Below the pieces are notes generated by a model that saw only the letters and a list, made by a program, of their open reading frames with translations, searched no databases and had not been told where the DNA came from. A stretch of DNA of 64,000 nt from Flavobacteriales bacterium. GTDB lineage: Bacteria; Bacteroidota; Bacteroidia; Flavobacteriales_F; PHOS-HE28. Of this stretch, positions 47,476-55,976 are shown piece by piece. Each line of letters starts with the position of its first letter. Position 1 is the first letter of the stretch. The stretch covers positions 77,012 through 141,011 of the forward strand of contig JBGAJW010000001.1 of assembly GCA_044224725.1 (NCBI GenBank), read 5' to 3'. A program made the position numbers and the translations under genes.

Positions 47476-48488
47476 CTCACATACGCTTTGTTGATGCGGT
47501 CCAGTAAGGCCGGGCCTTCATAGACGAGCCCGGTGTACACCTGTACAAGATCGGCACCGGCAGCGAGTTTTTCCGTGGCCGCCTGCACGCTGTCGATCCC
47601 ACCGACACCGATGAGCACGAATGGTCGGGGCAACCGGGTACGCAGAAAGCGCAGGACGTCCGTGCTGCGCTGAAGCACTGGGGCTCCGCTCAATCCACCC
47701 GCACCCATGGCATCCAGCTCATTCTTGGGGGTCTTCAATCCGTTCCGGTCGATGGTGGTGTTGGTGGCCACCACACCCTGGATGCCGCTTTCCTTCACGA
47801 CGCTCACGACATCATCCAGCTGCTCGTTCGTGAGATCCGGCGCGATCTTCAGCAGGAGCGGCCTGCGATTGGAACGGGCGTTCAGTCTGCTCAACGTGGA
47901 AAGGATCTCCAGCAAAGGCCCCTTCTCCTGCAGTGCGCGCAAGCCCGGCGTATTCGGCGAGCTCACGTTCACCACGAAATAGTCGACGACCGGATCCAAC
48001 GCTTCGAAACACTTCACGTAGTCATCCACGGCCCGTTCGTTGGGTGTCACCTTGTTCTTGCCGATGTTGCCACCGACGATTATGCCGGGCACCCGCCTCT
48101 TCAGTCGGACCGACGCCGCCATCGCTCCTTCGTTGTTGAAACCCATCCGGTTGATCAGCGCACGGTCGGCCTTCAAGCGGAACAAGCGTGGCCGTTCGTT
48201 GCCGGGTTGTGGCAAAGGCGTTACCGTACCGATCTCCACATGCCCGAAGCCGATGCGCGCGAGGGCGTCCACATGCTTCGCGTCCTTGTCCATACCGGCT
48301 GCGAGCCCAACAGGGCCAGGGAATTCCAAGCCCATGACCTTCACAGCGGCAGCAATGGGCGGACGCCTGCCACCCACGATCGTCAATGCGCCGGGAATGT
48401 GCTTCGCGACCTCCAAGAGCGCGAAGGTGACCTTGTGCGCGCGTTCCGGGGAGAGCAGGAAAAGCAGCGGACGGAGGAGGGCGTACAT
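47463..48488 (-). CDS. pyrD: Dihydroorotate dehydrogenase (quinone), class 2.
   Basis: GLAAGMDK, MGFNN, GGNIGKNK and GVGGIDS motifs. The 13-nt overlap with the HMGL start indicates an operon. Confidence 0.9.
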   Translation of the reverse strand: MYALLRPLLFLLSPERAHKVTFALLEVAKHIPGALTIVGGRRPPIAAAVKVMGLEFPGPVGLAAGMDKDAKHVDALARIGFGHVEIGTVTPLPQPGNERPRLFRLKADRALINRMGFNNEGAMAASVRLKRRVPGIIVGGNIGKNKVTPNERAVDDYVKCFEALDPVVDYFVVNVSSPNTPGLRALQEKGPLLEILSTLSRLNARSNRRPLLLKIAPDLTNEQLDDVVSVVKESGIQGVVATNTTIDRNGLKTPKNELDAMGAGGLSGAPVLQRSTDVLRFLRTRLPRPFVLIGVGGIDSVQAATEKLAAGADLVQVYTGLVYEGPALLDRINKAYVRWKG

Positions 48489-48620
48489 CGGCGGTGCGAA
48501 TGTACCGGAGCAAGGCCACGCGCATGGCTCGGGCGATAGGCACGGGTACGAGCGCGTGCTAACAAATTTTCCCAGCCCCGAAGGCGGCCGTTCGCCTGAA
48601 CCCGGTCCCTTTGTGCACCG

Positions 48621-49388
48621 ATGCAGCGAGGCTCCAACAGACGAGCACATTCCCCGACCTGTTCAAGGCTGGCGCCCGCGGTCTTCTCTGTTTCCGTTTC
48701 AGCGTTTGCGCTCGGCCAACAGAACTTCTTCAATGTTCCCAGTTCGGAGATCACCTCCAAGGGGAAATTGTTCTTCCAAGAGCAGCTCAACATCGCGGAG
48801 CATCACCAACAGTCGAGCACGACGGTGGACTTCGGCCTGGGCCACGGCCTGGAAGTCGGCGCGAACTGCAACGGGCTCACCATCCTGGAAGACCGCGAAG
48901 CGCACCCGGTCTTCAACGACACGATCCTTCCCTACAACCCGTTCATCCTGGCCAACGCACAGATGCGGTTCGAACTCGGCGAGGAAATGGCCATTGCGGC
49001 AGGTGTACAGTATGGTGTGACGTCCACTGTGCACATCCGGGATGGCGTGATGACCTGGTGCAACTTCGTGTTCGGTCGCGAGGACATCGGCTTGAAGTGT
49101 GTGGCCGGACCTTACTACGCTTCGAAAAGCTACTTCGGCGAGGGCTCACGGTTCTTCAATGATGTGATCGGTGTGGAAGCCGGGGTGGAGAAATCCCTGA
49201 TCCCCGAGCGGCTCGTCGTGCAGACGGACTTCATCAGCGGCGAGCATGATCTGGGGGAGATCGTACCGGGTGGCGCGTACTACATCACCAGGCATTGGAT
49301 CCTCTCGGCGGGCTACCAGATCCCCACTTTCGGCAGTACCAGCACGCATTCGCTGGTCTTCGAGCTGACCTACAGCCCTGCTCCCTGA
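48621..49388 (+). CDS. Hypothetical protein, possibly an outer-membrane beta-barrel.
   Basis: Alternating amphipathic beta-strand pattern. The start is uncertain. Confidence 0.45.
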   Translation: MQRGSNRRAHSPTCSRLAPAVFSVSVSAFALGQQNFFNVPSSEITSKGKLFFQEQLNIAEHHQQSSTTVDFGLGHGLEVGANCNGLTILEDREAHPVFNDTILPYNPFILANAQMRFELGEEMAIAAGVQYGVTSTVHIRDGVMTWCNFVFGREDIGLKCVAGPYYASKSYFGEGSRFFNDVIGVEAGVEKSLIPERLVVQTDFISGEHDLGEIVPGGAYYITRHWILSAGYQIPTFGSTSTHSLVFELTYSPAP

Positions 49389-49393
49389 CGGTG

Positions 49394-50161
49394 TCAACCA
49401 GCAGGCGATTCACGCCGAACGAAGACCGGAGCACGGAATGAAAGACCGGCGCTGATGAACCAGCGCCGTTCGCCAAGGGAAAACCCGGAAGAAGCGTCCA
49501 AGAGCACATCCGGGCCTATGCGGAACACGGCACCGCCATCGAGCCGATGGTCCGCAGCGTCCGTGTCATTGATGTAGCCGTACGCTTCCACGAAAAAGCC
49601 CAACGTCCCCGTGGCCTCCGCACCCAAGGTGACCGTATAGATACCCGTGGCCACCGGGCGATCACCATCCCACTCGGCTCCGAGATTGTAGCCCAAGTTG
49701 AGGCGCTCGCTCAAGGTATGCTGCAGGGTGAAGCGGAAGTTCCCGAAAGCGGTGGCGGGCTTGAAAGGGGCCTCCGCCGTAAAGGGAAGTCCCACATGTC
49801 CGATCAGCGAGACGCACGGCACAAGTCCGAGCTCTTCCATCAGCCGGAATTTCGCGCCCACTTCCACCGGCAACAGGCGGTGCGCTGTGACCTGTCCTCC
49901 TTCTCCGACCAACGTCCGCGCGCGCTCGGTGATCACGCGCAACTCCGCCCACCGCGCCAGGCCGACCTTGCTCAACACCGTGGGCAGCGCTCCTTCAACC
50001 GCCCCATCGTTCCCAGCGCGTTCATGGGAACAGCCCCCCTCGAACTGGTACCAGCCCGCAGGCACGATGGCCGGTGATTCCGTCTGGTCGGGGCGGTCCG
50101 TTTCTATCGCGGACATCTGCGCGCTTGCCGGGAGAAGCACCCGCGCCATCGCGCACACCAT
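49394..50161 (-). CDS. Outer-membrane beta-barrel channel, MetA-pathway-of-phenol-degradation-like (transporter family). It is divergent from mntR.
   Basis: Signal peptide, the family-typical IETDRPDQTESP..VPAG N-terminus and a C-terminal aromatic residue. Family call from memory. Confidence 0.6.
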   Translation of the reverse strand: MVCAMARVLLPASAQMSAIETDRPDQTESPAIVPAGWYQFEGGCSHERAGNDGAVEGALPTVLSKVGLARWAELRVITERARTLVGEGGQVTAHRLLPVEVGAKFRLMEELGLVPCVSLIGHVGLPFTAEAPFKPATAFGNFRFTLQHTLSERLNLGYNLGAEWDGDRPVATGIYTVTLGAEATGTLGFFVEAYGYINDTDAADHRLDGGAVFRIGPDVLLDASSGFSLGERRWFISAGLSFRAPVFVRRESPAG

Positions 50162-50191
50162 CAAGCAACGGAGGTTCACCACGTACATATT

Positions 50192-50205
50192 TTAGACAAG
50201 TCTAA
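50192..50205. promoter_or_regulatory. Candidate DtxR/MntR-type operator. Inverted repeat TTAGAC-AA-GTCTAA in the divergent promoter region.
   Basis: Perfect 6-bp inverted repeat resembling DtxR-box half-sites (TTAG...CTAA). A Bacteroidota -7-like element TAcgTTTG lies at 50216-50223, 12 nt upstream of the mntR ATG. Confidence 0.4.
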
Positions 50206-50234
50206 TCTTTTTTCTACGTTTGCCTCAGAGAGCG

Positions 50235-50891
50235 ATGCTGACCCGCAGCGAAGAGGACCATATCAAGGCCGTGTACGCCCTGTTGCAGAGCGGTGAGAAC
50301 GCGTTCACGAAGGACATCGCCTCGCGCCTGCGCACCAAGGCGAGCAGCGTGACGGACATGCTGAAGAAACTGAGCGGGAAGAGCTTGCTGAAGCACGAGC
50401 CCTACTACGGTGTGAAGCTCACCGCCAAGGGCCAGGCCATCGCCCTGCAGCTCGTCCGGCGGCACCGATTATGGGAAACCTTCCTCGTGGACCGCCTTGG
50501 TTTCGGCTGGGACGAGGTACACGAGGTTGCCGAGCAGATGGAGCACGTCGCCAACGAGAAGCTCATTGACAAATTGGATGAGTTTCTGGGCCATCCGCAT
50601 TTCGACCCGCATGGTGACCCGATCCCGGACAGGCAAGGCAAATTGCGCACCCGCAAGACCCGGCGCTTGGATACATGCAAGCCCGGGGACAGCGTACGCA
50701 TCGCGGCGGTGAGCGAGACCACGGACGGCCTGCTGCGCCTGCTCGATTCAAAAGGCCTGCGCATCGGCACACGGCTGTCGGTGCAGGAAGTGCATGGGTT
50801 CGACGGGAGCATCGATATCAAACCGAAGAGCGGGGCGGCCTTCAGCCTGAGCAAGGATGTGAGCCACCACCTGCAAGTGGAGAACGCCTGA
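50235..50891 (+). CDS. mntR: DtxR/MntR-family metal-dependent transcriptional regulator with a C-terminal FeoA/SH3-like domain.
   Basis: wHTH plus metal-binding/dimerisation region (HRLWETFL...HPHFDPHGDPIP) and a C-terminal SH3-like domain. Confidence 0.85.
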   Translation: MLTRSEEDHIKAVYALLQSGENAFTKDIASRLRTKASSVTDMLKKLSGKSLLKHEPYYGVKLTAKGQAIALQLVRRHRLWETFLVDRLGFGWDEVHEVAEQMEHVANEKLIDKLDEFLGHPHFDPHGDPIPDRQGKLRTRKTRRLDTCKPGDSVRIAAVSETTDGLLRLLDSKGLRIGTRLSVQEVHGFDGSIDIKPKSGAAFSLSKDVSHHLQVENA

Positions 50892-50893
50892 GC

Positions 50894-52765
50894 ATGGACA
50901 AGCGCGAACACCGTTCATTGAGCGAAGTGCACGGCACGGTGAACGTGCCGGTCGCGAAGGGCTGGAGACGACTGCTGGCGTTCATCGGACCGGCCTACCT
51001 GGTGAGCGTGGGCTACATGGATCCGGGCAACTGGGCCACGGACATCGAAGGCGGTTCCCGTTTCGGTTACCAGCTGATCTGGGTGCTGCTGATGAGCAAC
51101 CTGATGGCGCTGCTTCTGCAAACGCTCTGCGCACGCCTCGGCATCGTGCGGGGCCTCGATCTGGCGCAGGCGAGCCGACATACCTACCCGCCGTGGGTGA
51201 ACCTTCCGCTCTGGGTACTCGCCGAGATCGCGATCGCCGCGTGCGACCTGGCGGAAGTGATCGGCATGGCCATCGGCCTGAACCTGCTCTTCGGCCTGCC
51301 CTTGCTGGAAGGGGTATTGATCACCGCCTTGGACGCACTGGTGGTCCTCTTCCTCATGCAGCGGGGCATGCGCGTGATGGAGGTGCTGATCATCTCCATT
51401 GTCAGCATCATCGGGTTCTCGTTCCTGGCCGAGATGTTCATCGTGCATCCGGACGCGGACCAATTGGTGCGAGGCTTCATACCGACCGCGTTGGACGGGA
51501 AGGCACTCTACATCGCCATCGGCATCATCGGTGCCACCGTGATGCCCCACAACCTGTACCTCCACTCCTCGCTGGTGCAAACGCGCAAGCACGGGCGGGA
51601 CAGCAAGGGCATCCGCGAAGCGCTGCGGTTCAACTTCATCGATACCAGTATCGCGCTGAACCTGGCCTTCTTCGTGAACAGCGCCATCCTCGTACTGGCG
51701 GCAGCGGCCTTCCACAGCCACGGTTTCGTCGAAGTAGCGAAGATCAACGACGCGCACGCCTTGCTGAAAGGTCTCTTCGGCGACCTCGCTCCCACCCTCT
51801 TCGCCATCGCGCTCATCGGCAGCGGGCAAAGCAGCACGATCACCGGAACGCTTGCCGGGCAGATCGTGATGGAAGGCTACCTCGACCTGCGCATTCGGCC
51901 TTGGCTAAGGCGGCTCATCACACGGCTCATCGCCATCATTCCCGCGCTTGTGTGCATCCTGTGGTTCGGTGAGGAACAGCTCGGTGACCTGCTCGTGCTG
52001 AGCCAGGTAGTGCTGAGCCTGCAATTGGGCTTCGCGGTGATCCCGCTCATCCACTTCACCAGCGACAAGCAGCGCATGGGCGAGCACGTGATCAAGCCAT
52101 GGGTACGCGCCCTGGCCTGGATCACCGCCACGATCATCGTGGTGCTGAACGCGCGACTGGTCGTGCAACAGGTGGGTGAATGGCTCGATGTTCTCGGGCC
52201 GAACGGTTTCTGGCTATGGTTGACCGTGGTACCCATCATCGCAGCCGCGTTCGCGTTGTTGCTGTTCATCACGTTCAAGCCGTTCATCAGACCGAGGCGG
52301 AAAGCGAAGGAGCATTTGCACGATCGTGTTCCTGAGCTGAAGGCACCGGCCCTTCATCACTACTCGCGCATTTGCGTGGCCGTGGATTTCAGCAAGGTGG
52401 ACCAGCGCAGCATCGACGCGGCGGTCGCACAAGGCGGTACCCACGCGGAGTACGTGCTTATCCACATCACGGAATCGGCGGCCGCACGCTACGCCGGCGA
52501 ATTGAGCACCGACCACGAAACGCAACGGGATGCGGAGAATCTCCAACGCTATGTGGACCGCCTGAAGGAATTGGGCTACCGCGCATGGAGCCGGACGGGC
52601 CAAGGCCATCCGGTGCGCGCCATCAGCGCCATCGTGAACACCAGCCAATGCGATCTGCTGGTCATGGGAGGCCATGGCCACCGGGGCATCAAGGACCTGG
52701 TTTTCGGCGCTACGGTGGATGCCGTGCGGCACAGGGTGAAAGTGCCGGTGCTTATCGTCCGCTGA
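50894..52765 (+). CDS. mntH: Nramp-family divalent metal (Mn2+/Fe2+) transporter MntH fused to a C-terminal universal stress protein (UspA) domain.
   Basis: Nramp signature GPAYLVSVGYMDPGNWATDIEGG and 11-12 TM helices. The C-terminal roughly 140 aa have the Usp fold (ICVAVDFS...LLVMGGHGHRGIKDLVFGATVDAVRHRVKVPVLIV). Confidence 0.9.
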   Translation: MDKREHRSLSEVHGTVNVPVAKGWRRLLAFIGPAYLVSVGYMDPGNWATDIEGGSRFGYQLIWVLLMSNLMALLLQTLCARLGIVRGLDLAQASRHTYPPWVNLPLWVLAEIAIAACDLAEVIGMAIGLNLLFGLPLLEGVLITALDALVVLFLMQRGMRVMEVLIISIVSIIGFSFLAEMFIVHPDADQLVRGFIPTALDGKALYIAIGIIGATVMPHNLYLHSSLVQTRKHGRDSKGIREALRFNFIDTSIALNLAFFVNSAILVLAAAAFHSHGFVEVAKINDAHALLKGLFGDLAPTLFAIALIGSGQSSTITGTLAGQIVMEGYLDLRIRPWLRRLITRLIAIIPALVCILWFGEEQLGDLLVLSQVVLSLQLGFAVIPLIHFTSDKQRMGEHVIKPWVRALAWITATIIVVLNARLVVQQVGEWLDVLGPNGFWLWLTVVPIIAAAFALLLFITFKPFIRPRRKAKEHLHDRVPELKAPALHHYSRICVAVDFSKVDQRSIDAAVAQGGTHAEYVLIHITESAAARYAGELSTDHETQRDAENLQRYVDRLKELGYRAWSRTGQGHPVRAISAIVNTSQCDLLVMGGHGHRGIKDLVFGATVDAVRHRVKVPVLIVR

Positions 52766-52823
52766 AGATTGGTCCGCCGGGCACCAGCCCGGCTAGCTGG
52801 ACCGTGCTAGTGCTCGACGGCCA

Positions 52824-54473
52824 TCAGTCCAGAAGCCCAAGCGCGTCCTCCTTCTTGGACGGCACATAGAAGCGATCCTCGCGTACGACATTGCCGCTCG
52901 CATCATAGTCGACCCGCACGCCGATGAGCCTTCCCTGCGGATCGAGCCGGGCGATCTGTTTGATCGGGCCGACCAACTCCTGGTTGTCCATGTACCTTGA
53001 GTAGGGCTGCAACAGGAATCGCAGGAACGGAGCATGATAGGCAAGCTGGAGATGATCCTGCTTGGCGGACGTGAATCCGAACAGATCGACCATCCTGTCA
53101 TCGCGGTACACCACGTGCATGGAATCGTAGCTGGCCGTCAGTTCCAGATGATCGTAGCTGGCGATGTTCGCGTAGAGTTCGGTCCCGAAGTGCATGTACC
53201 CCAGCGCGAACAGTCCTTCTCGGCTTGGCGTGGAACCTTCGCTCAGTGGGCGATGCAAGTAGTCCTTGTAGTACACCCACTCTCCTTCCTTCTTGTACTC
53301 CACCAGCGTGTGTGAGCCGGGCAGTTGTTGATGCGACACATCCTGATCGAACCACGGAACGTTCACACCTTCTTCGGGGCGTGGTGCGCCATCACGCGCG
53401 CTTATGGCGAAGGAATTGAGCGCCGTCAACTCGATGTTCTGGAACCACAACAATCCCTCAGGATTGTGGATGCGCTCCTTCCCGGCTGCGATCAATGCGC
53501 CTTCTGTGGTGAACACCTCCGTGTAGACCGTTGCGGAGTCGATGGGGCTGCGGACCCAGCGGAGGGCTTTGTCATGATCGATGTTCGTCTTGGTCACCGC
53601 CTGTCCGTTCTTGAAGAGGATGGTCTCGATCACCTTGCCTTCGCGGTCATAGCGCGTGCGGATGCCGTTCAGCTTGTCATCCCGCCAGTGCTCTGTGCGG
53701 CAGAGTTTGTCGGTGCCCTTGTAGTATTCCTTCCAGCGGCCAGAGCGTTTGCCGTGCTCGAAATAGCCGACGATCCAAGGCAATGTGCTCGAGTAGTTCT
53801 GTTCCCAGCGGCCGTGCAGGTCACCGCCTGATCCTTCTCCAAAACACCAGACCTTGTCCTTTCCGTCGAAGTAGCGCACCACCTGCTCGGGCTTCTGGGG
53901 CACCTCGTACTTGTCCGGCAAGAGGAAGGCGTCCTGGATGTAGAAGTCATACGCACCTTGTATCAACTTCAGTTCCTCCAAGCTGAATCCTGATGCGTCT
54001 TGCCAAACAGCGAGCCCGGGGTCATCGATCTCCCGCACCCACCCGTAGTTGTTGGCGGCTGCGATGCGCTGGGCCATGGCCTCTTGGCCTGTCTGTCGCA
54101 TCAGATGACCGACCGCGCAGTGGGTGTCGTGCTCATCGATGAAGACCGGTATTCGTTCATGCCGATAATAGTTCAGCGGAAAGCGGCCTTCCCGTGCATA
54201 GTCCGCGAGCACAACCATGAGTTCTTTGCGGGAAGCCCGCTGCTCATCGGTCAGTTGACTGATAGGCGCATCCGACAGGACGCCAAGAACCGCAGCGAGA
54301 TGTGCCCGCACGTAATCGACATCGTTGTGGATAGCCTTGGCCTCGACGCCCTCCAGTGCCGCTCGGTGGTCTTCCCAATACGGATTGAAAGCGCGGAGCT
54401 GGACGTAGAGGGTGGTCGCTTGGACGTGCGCGGCCAATAGCAGGAAGGCAAGGGTACCGATGAGTGTTCTCAT
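52824..54473 (-). CDS. Secreted MORN-variant repeat protein (YwqK-family-like repeats).
   Basis: Signal peptide. Repeated G.W..Y...GK...E..W.D.KL.G motifs. Confidence 0.65.
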   Translation of the reverse strand: MRTLIGTLAFLLLAAHVQATTLYVQLRAFNPYWEDHRAALEGVEAKAIHNDVDYVRAHLAAVLGVLSDAPISQLTDEQRASRKELMVVLADYAREGRFPLNYYRHERIPVFIDEHDTHCAVGHLMRQTGQEAMAQRIAAANNYGWVREIDDPGLAVWQDASGFSLEELKLIQGAYDFYIQDAFLLPDKYEVPQKPEQVVRYFDGKDKVWCFGEGSGGDLHGRWEQNYSSTLPWIVGYFEHGKRSGRWKEYYKGTDKLCRTEHWRDDKLNGIRTRYDREGKVIETILFKNGQAVTKTNIDHDKALRWVRSPIDSATVYTEVFTTEGALIAAGKERIHNPEGLLWFQNIELTALNSFAISARDGAPRPEEGVNVPWFDQDVSHQQLPGSHTLVEYKKEGEWVYYKDYLHRPLSEGSTPSREGLFALGYMHFGTELYANIASYDHLELTASYDSMHVVYRDDRMVDLFGFTSAKQDHLQLAYHAPFLRFLLQPYSRYMDNQELVGPIKQIARLDPQGRLIGVRVDYDASGNVVREDRFYVPSKKEDALGLLD

Positions 54474-54720
54474 GAGCTTGATTGTGCCGAGCGGTACACA
54501 CTGGCGTGGAGGAAGTTCATGCGAGTGCTCGTTTGACTTTGGAGGCCACGGCAAATCACTTCTCAAAGCTCCTCACTGGAGATCCGCCGACGCCCGACCT
54601 CCTTTATATTCGACTTCTGCTGCGAGACACCAGCAGCATGCCCGCGGCTATTTGCACCCATCTTAGCACTAAGGTCATCGGCAGTACCCTCGCTGACCAA
54701 GTCAGGAAATTGACCCAACA

Positions 54721-55215
54721 TTGGCAACAACCGATAAGTTAGACCGCACAAGACACGTCGTGCATCAATCCGAGCCGGAGGTTGTTCAATCCGCCACGCT
54801 GATTATTTCTGGCGGCGACTTTGATCCCGCCGAAGTAACCAGCATGCTTAGCCTACGCCCCAACCAGGCGTGGAGGAAAGGCGAGCGAAAGTCTCTCACC
54901 CTTGCGGATGGGACAAAGCGCCTCTTTGACTCTGTACACGAATTGAGCGGATGGAAGATGTGGCTCGACGAACCGGAGCGCTCGCGATCACTTTCCGATC
55001 AATTGGAGCATTGGGATGAACTGCTCAGAGCACGGTCCACAGAACTTGCGCAGCTACGCGACCGAGGGGCGAGTATCGTGCTGGATTGCTGCGTGATCAC
55101 TTCTACGACCGCGAAGGTGCATACCTCCCCGGCAATTCAAGCTGCATTCTCCGACATGGGTATCCATCTCGACATAACGTTCTACGCTCATGATGACCCG
55201 GACGGCGCGGCCTAA
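54721..55215 (+). CDS. DUF4279-like small protein (uncertain). Lower GC (about 55%) than the surroundings.
   Basis: N-terminal ATLIISGGDFDPAEVTSMLSLRP matches the remembered DUF4279 core. Not verified. Confidence 0.45.
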   Translation: MATTDKLDRTRHVVHQSEPEVVQSATLIISGGDFDPAEVTSMLSLRPNQAWRKGERKSLTLADGTKRLFDSVHELSGWKMWLDEPERSRSLSDQLEHWDELLRARSTELAQLRDRGASIVLDCCVITSTTAKVHTSPAIQAAFSDMGIHLDITFYAHDDPDGAA

Positions 55216-55370
55216 TCGGCGGTTGACCGCCATTCCGCCAAGGCCCTGACCATCGTTCAACACCGAATGACCTAGATGATGGGCAGCACACGATGCCCTT
55301 GGCGAATCCGGTCCGCCTCGCCTCCCTCCCCCCTTTGCTGCATCTTCGCCCTCCCGCTTGAGCCGGGACG

Positions 55371-55826
55371 ATGACGATGACGGCCCCTGTAATGCCCGAA
55401 GTGAAGAACCGACGCGCGTCGTTCGAGTACTTCTTCCTGGAGACCTACGAATGCGGCATCCAGCTGGTGGGCAGCGAGGTGAAGGCCCTGCGCCTGGGCG
55501 ATGCCAACATCACGGACGCGTTCTGCACCTTCGAGGGCGACGACCTGGTGCTGCGCAACATGACGATCCAGCCGTTCGAGAAGGCGAAGAACTACGCGCA
55601 CGAGCCCAAACGCGACCGCCGCCTTTTGCTTCACCGTACCGAATTGAACAAGCTGCAACGCAAGCTGAAAGACCAAGGGGTGACGATGGTGCCGGTGCGG
55701 GTCTATTTCAATGCCAAGGGCCTGGTGAAGGTGGAAGTGGCGCTGGCGAAGGGCAAGAAGACCTACGACAAGCGGGACAGTTTGAAGGAGAAGGACATCA
55801 AACGGGACATGGATCGGGGGGAGTGA
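55371..55826 (+). CDS. smpB: SsrA-binding protein SmpB.
   Basis: Full SmpB signature (NRRASFEYFFLETYECGIQLVGSEVKALR...LLLHRTELNKL...GKKTYDKRD). Confidence 0.9.
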   Translation: MTMTAPVMPEVKNRRASFEYFFLETYECGIQLVGSEVKALRLGDANITDAFCTFEGDDLVLRNMTIQPFEKAKNYAHEPKRDRRLLLHRTELNKLQRKLKDQGVTMVPVRVYFNAKGLVKVEVALAKGKKTYDKRDSLKEKDIKRDMDRGE

Positions 55827-55976
55827 GCAAGGGAGAAACGCAGAGTCGCGGAGGGGCGCGGAGGAACGCAGAGAAAGAGAAAACACAGACACGCGGGCTC
55901 GCTGCGCTCGCTCAGAGAACGCAGAGGAATGCAGACCAACGAAGAACAGGGACCGGGTTGGCGCGAACGGCTCGAA

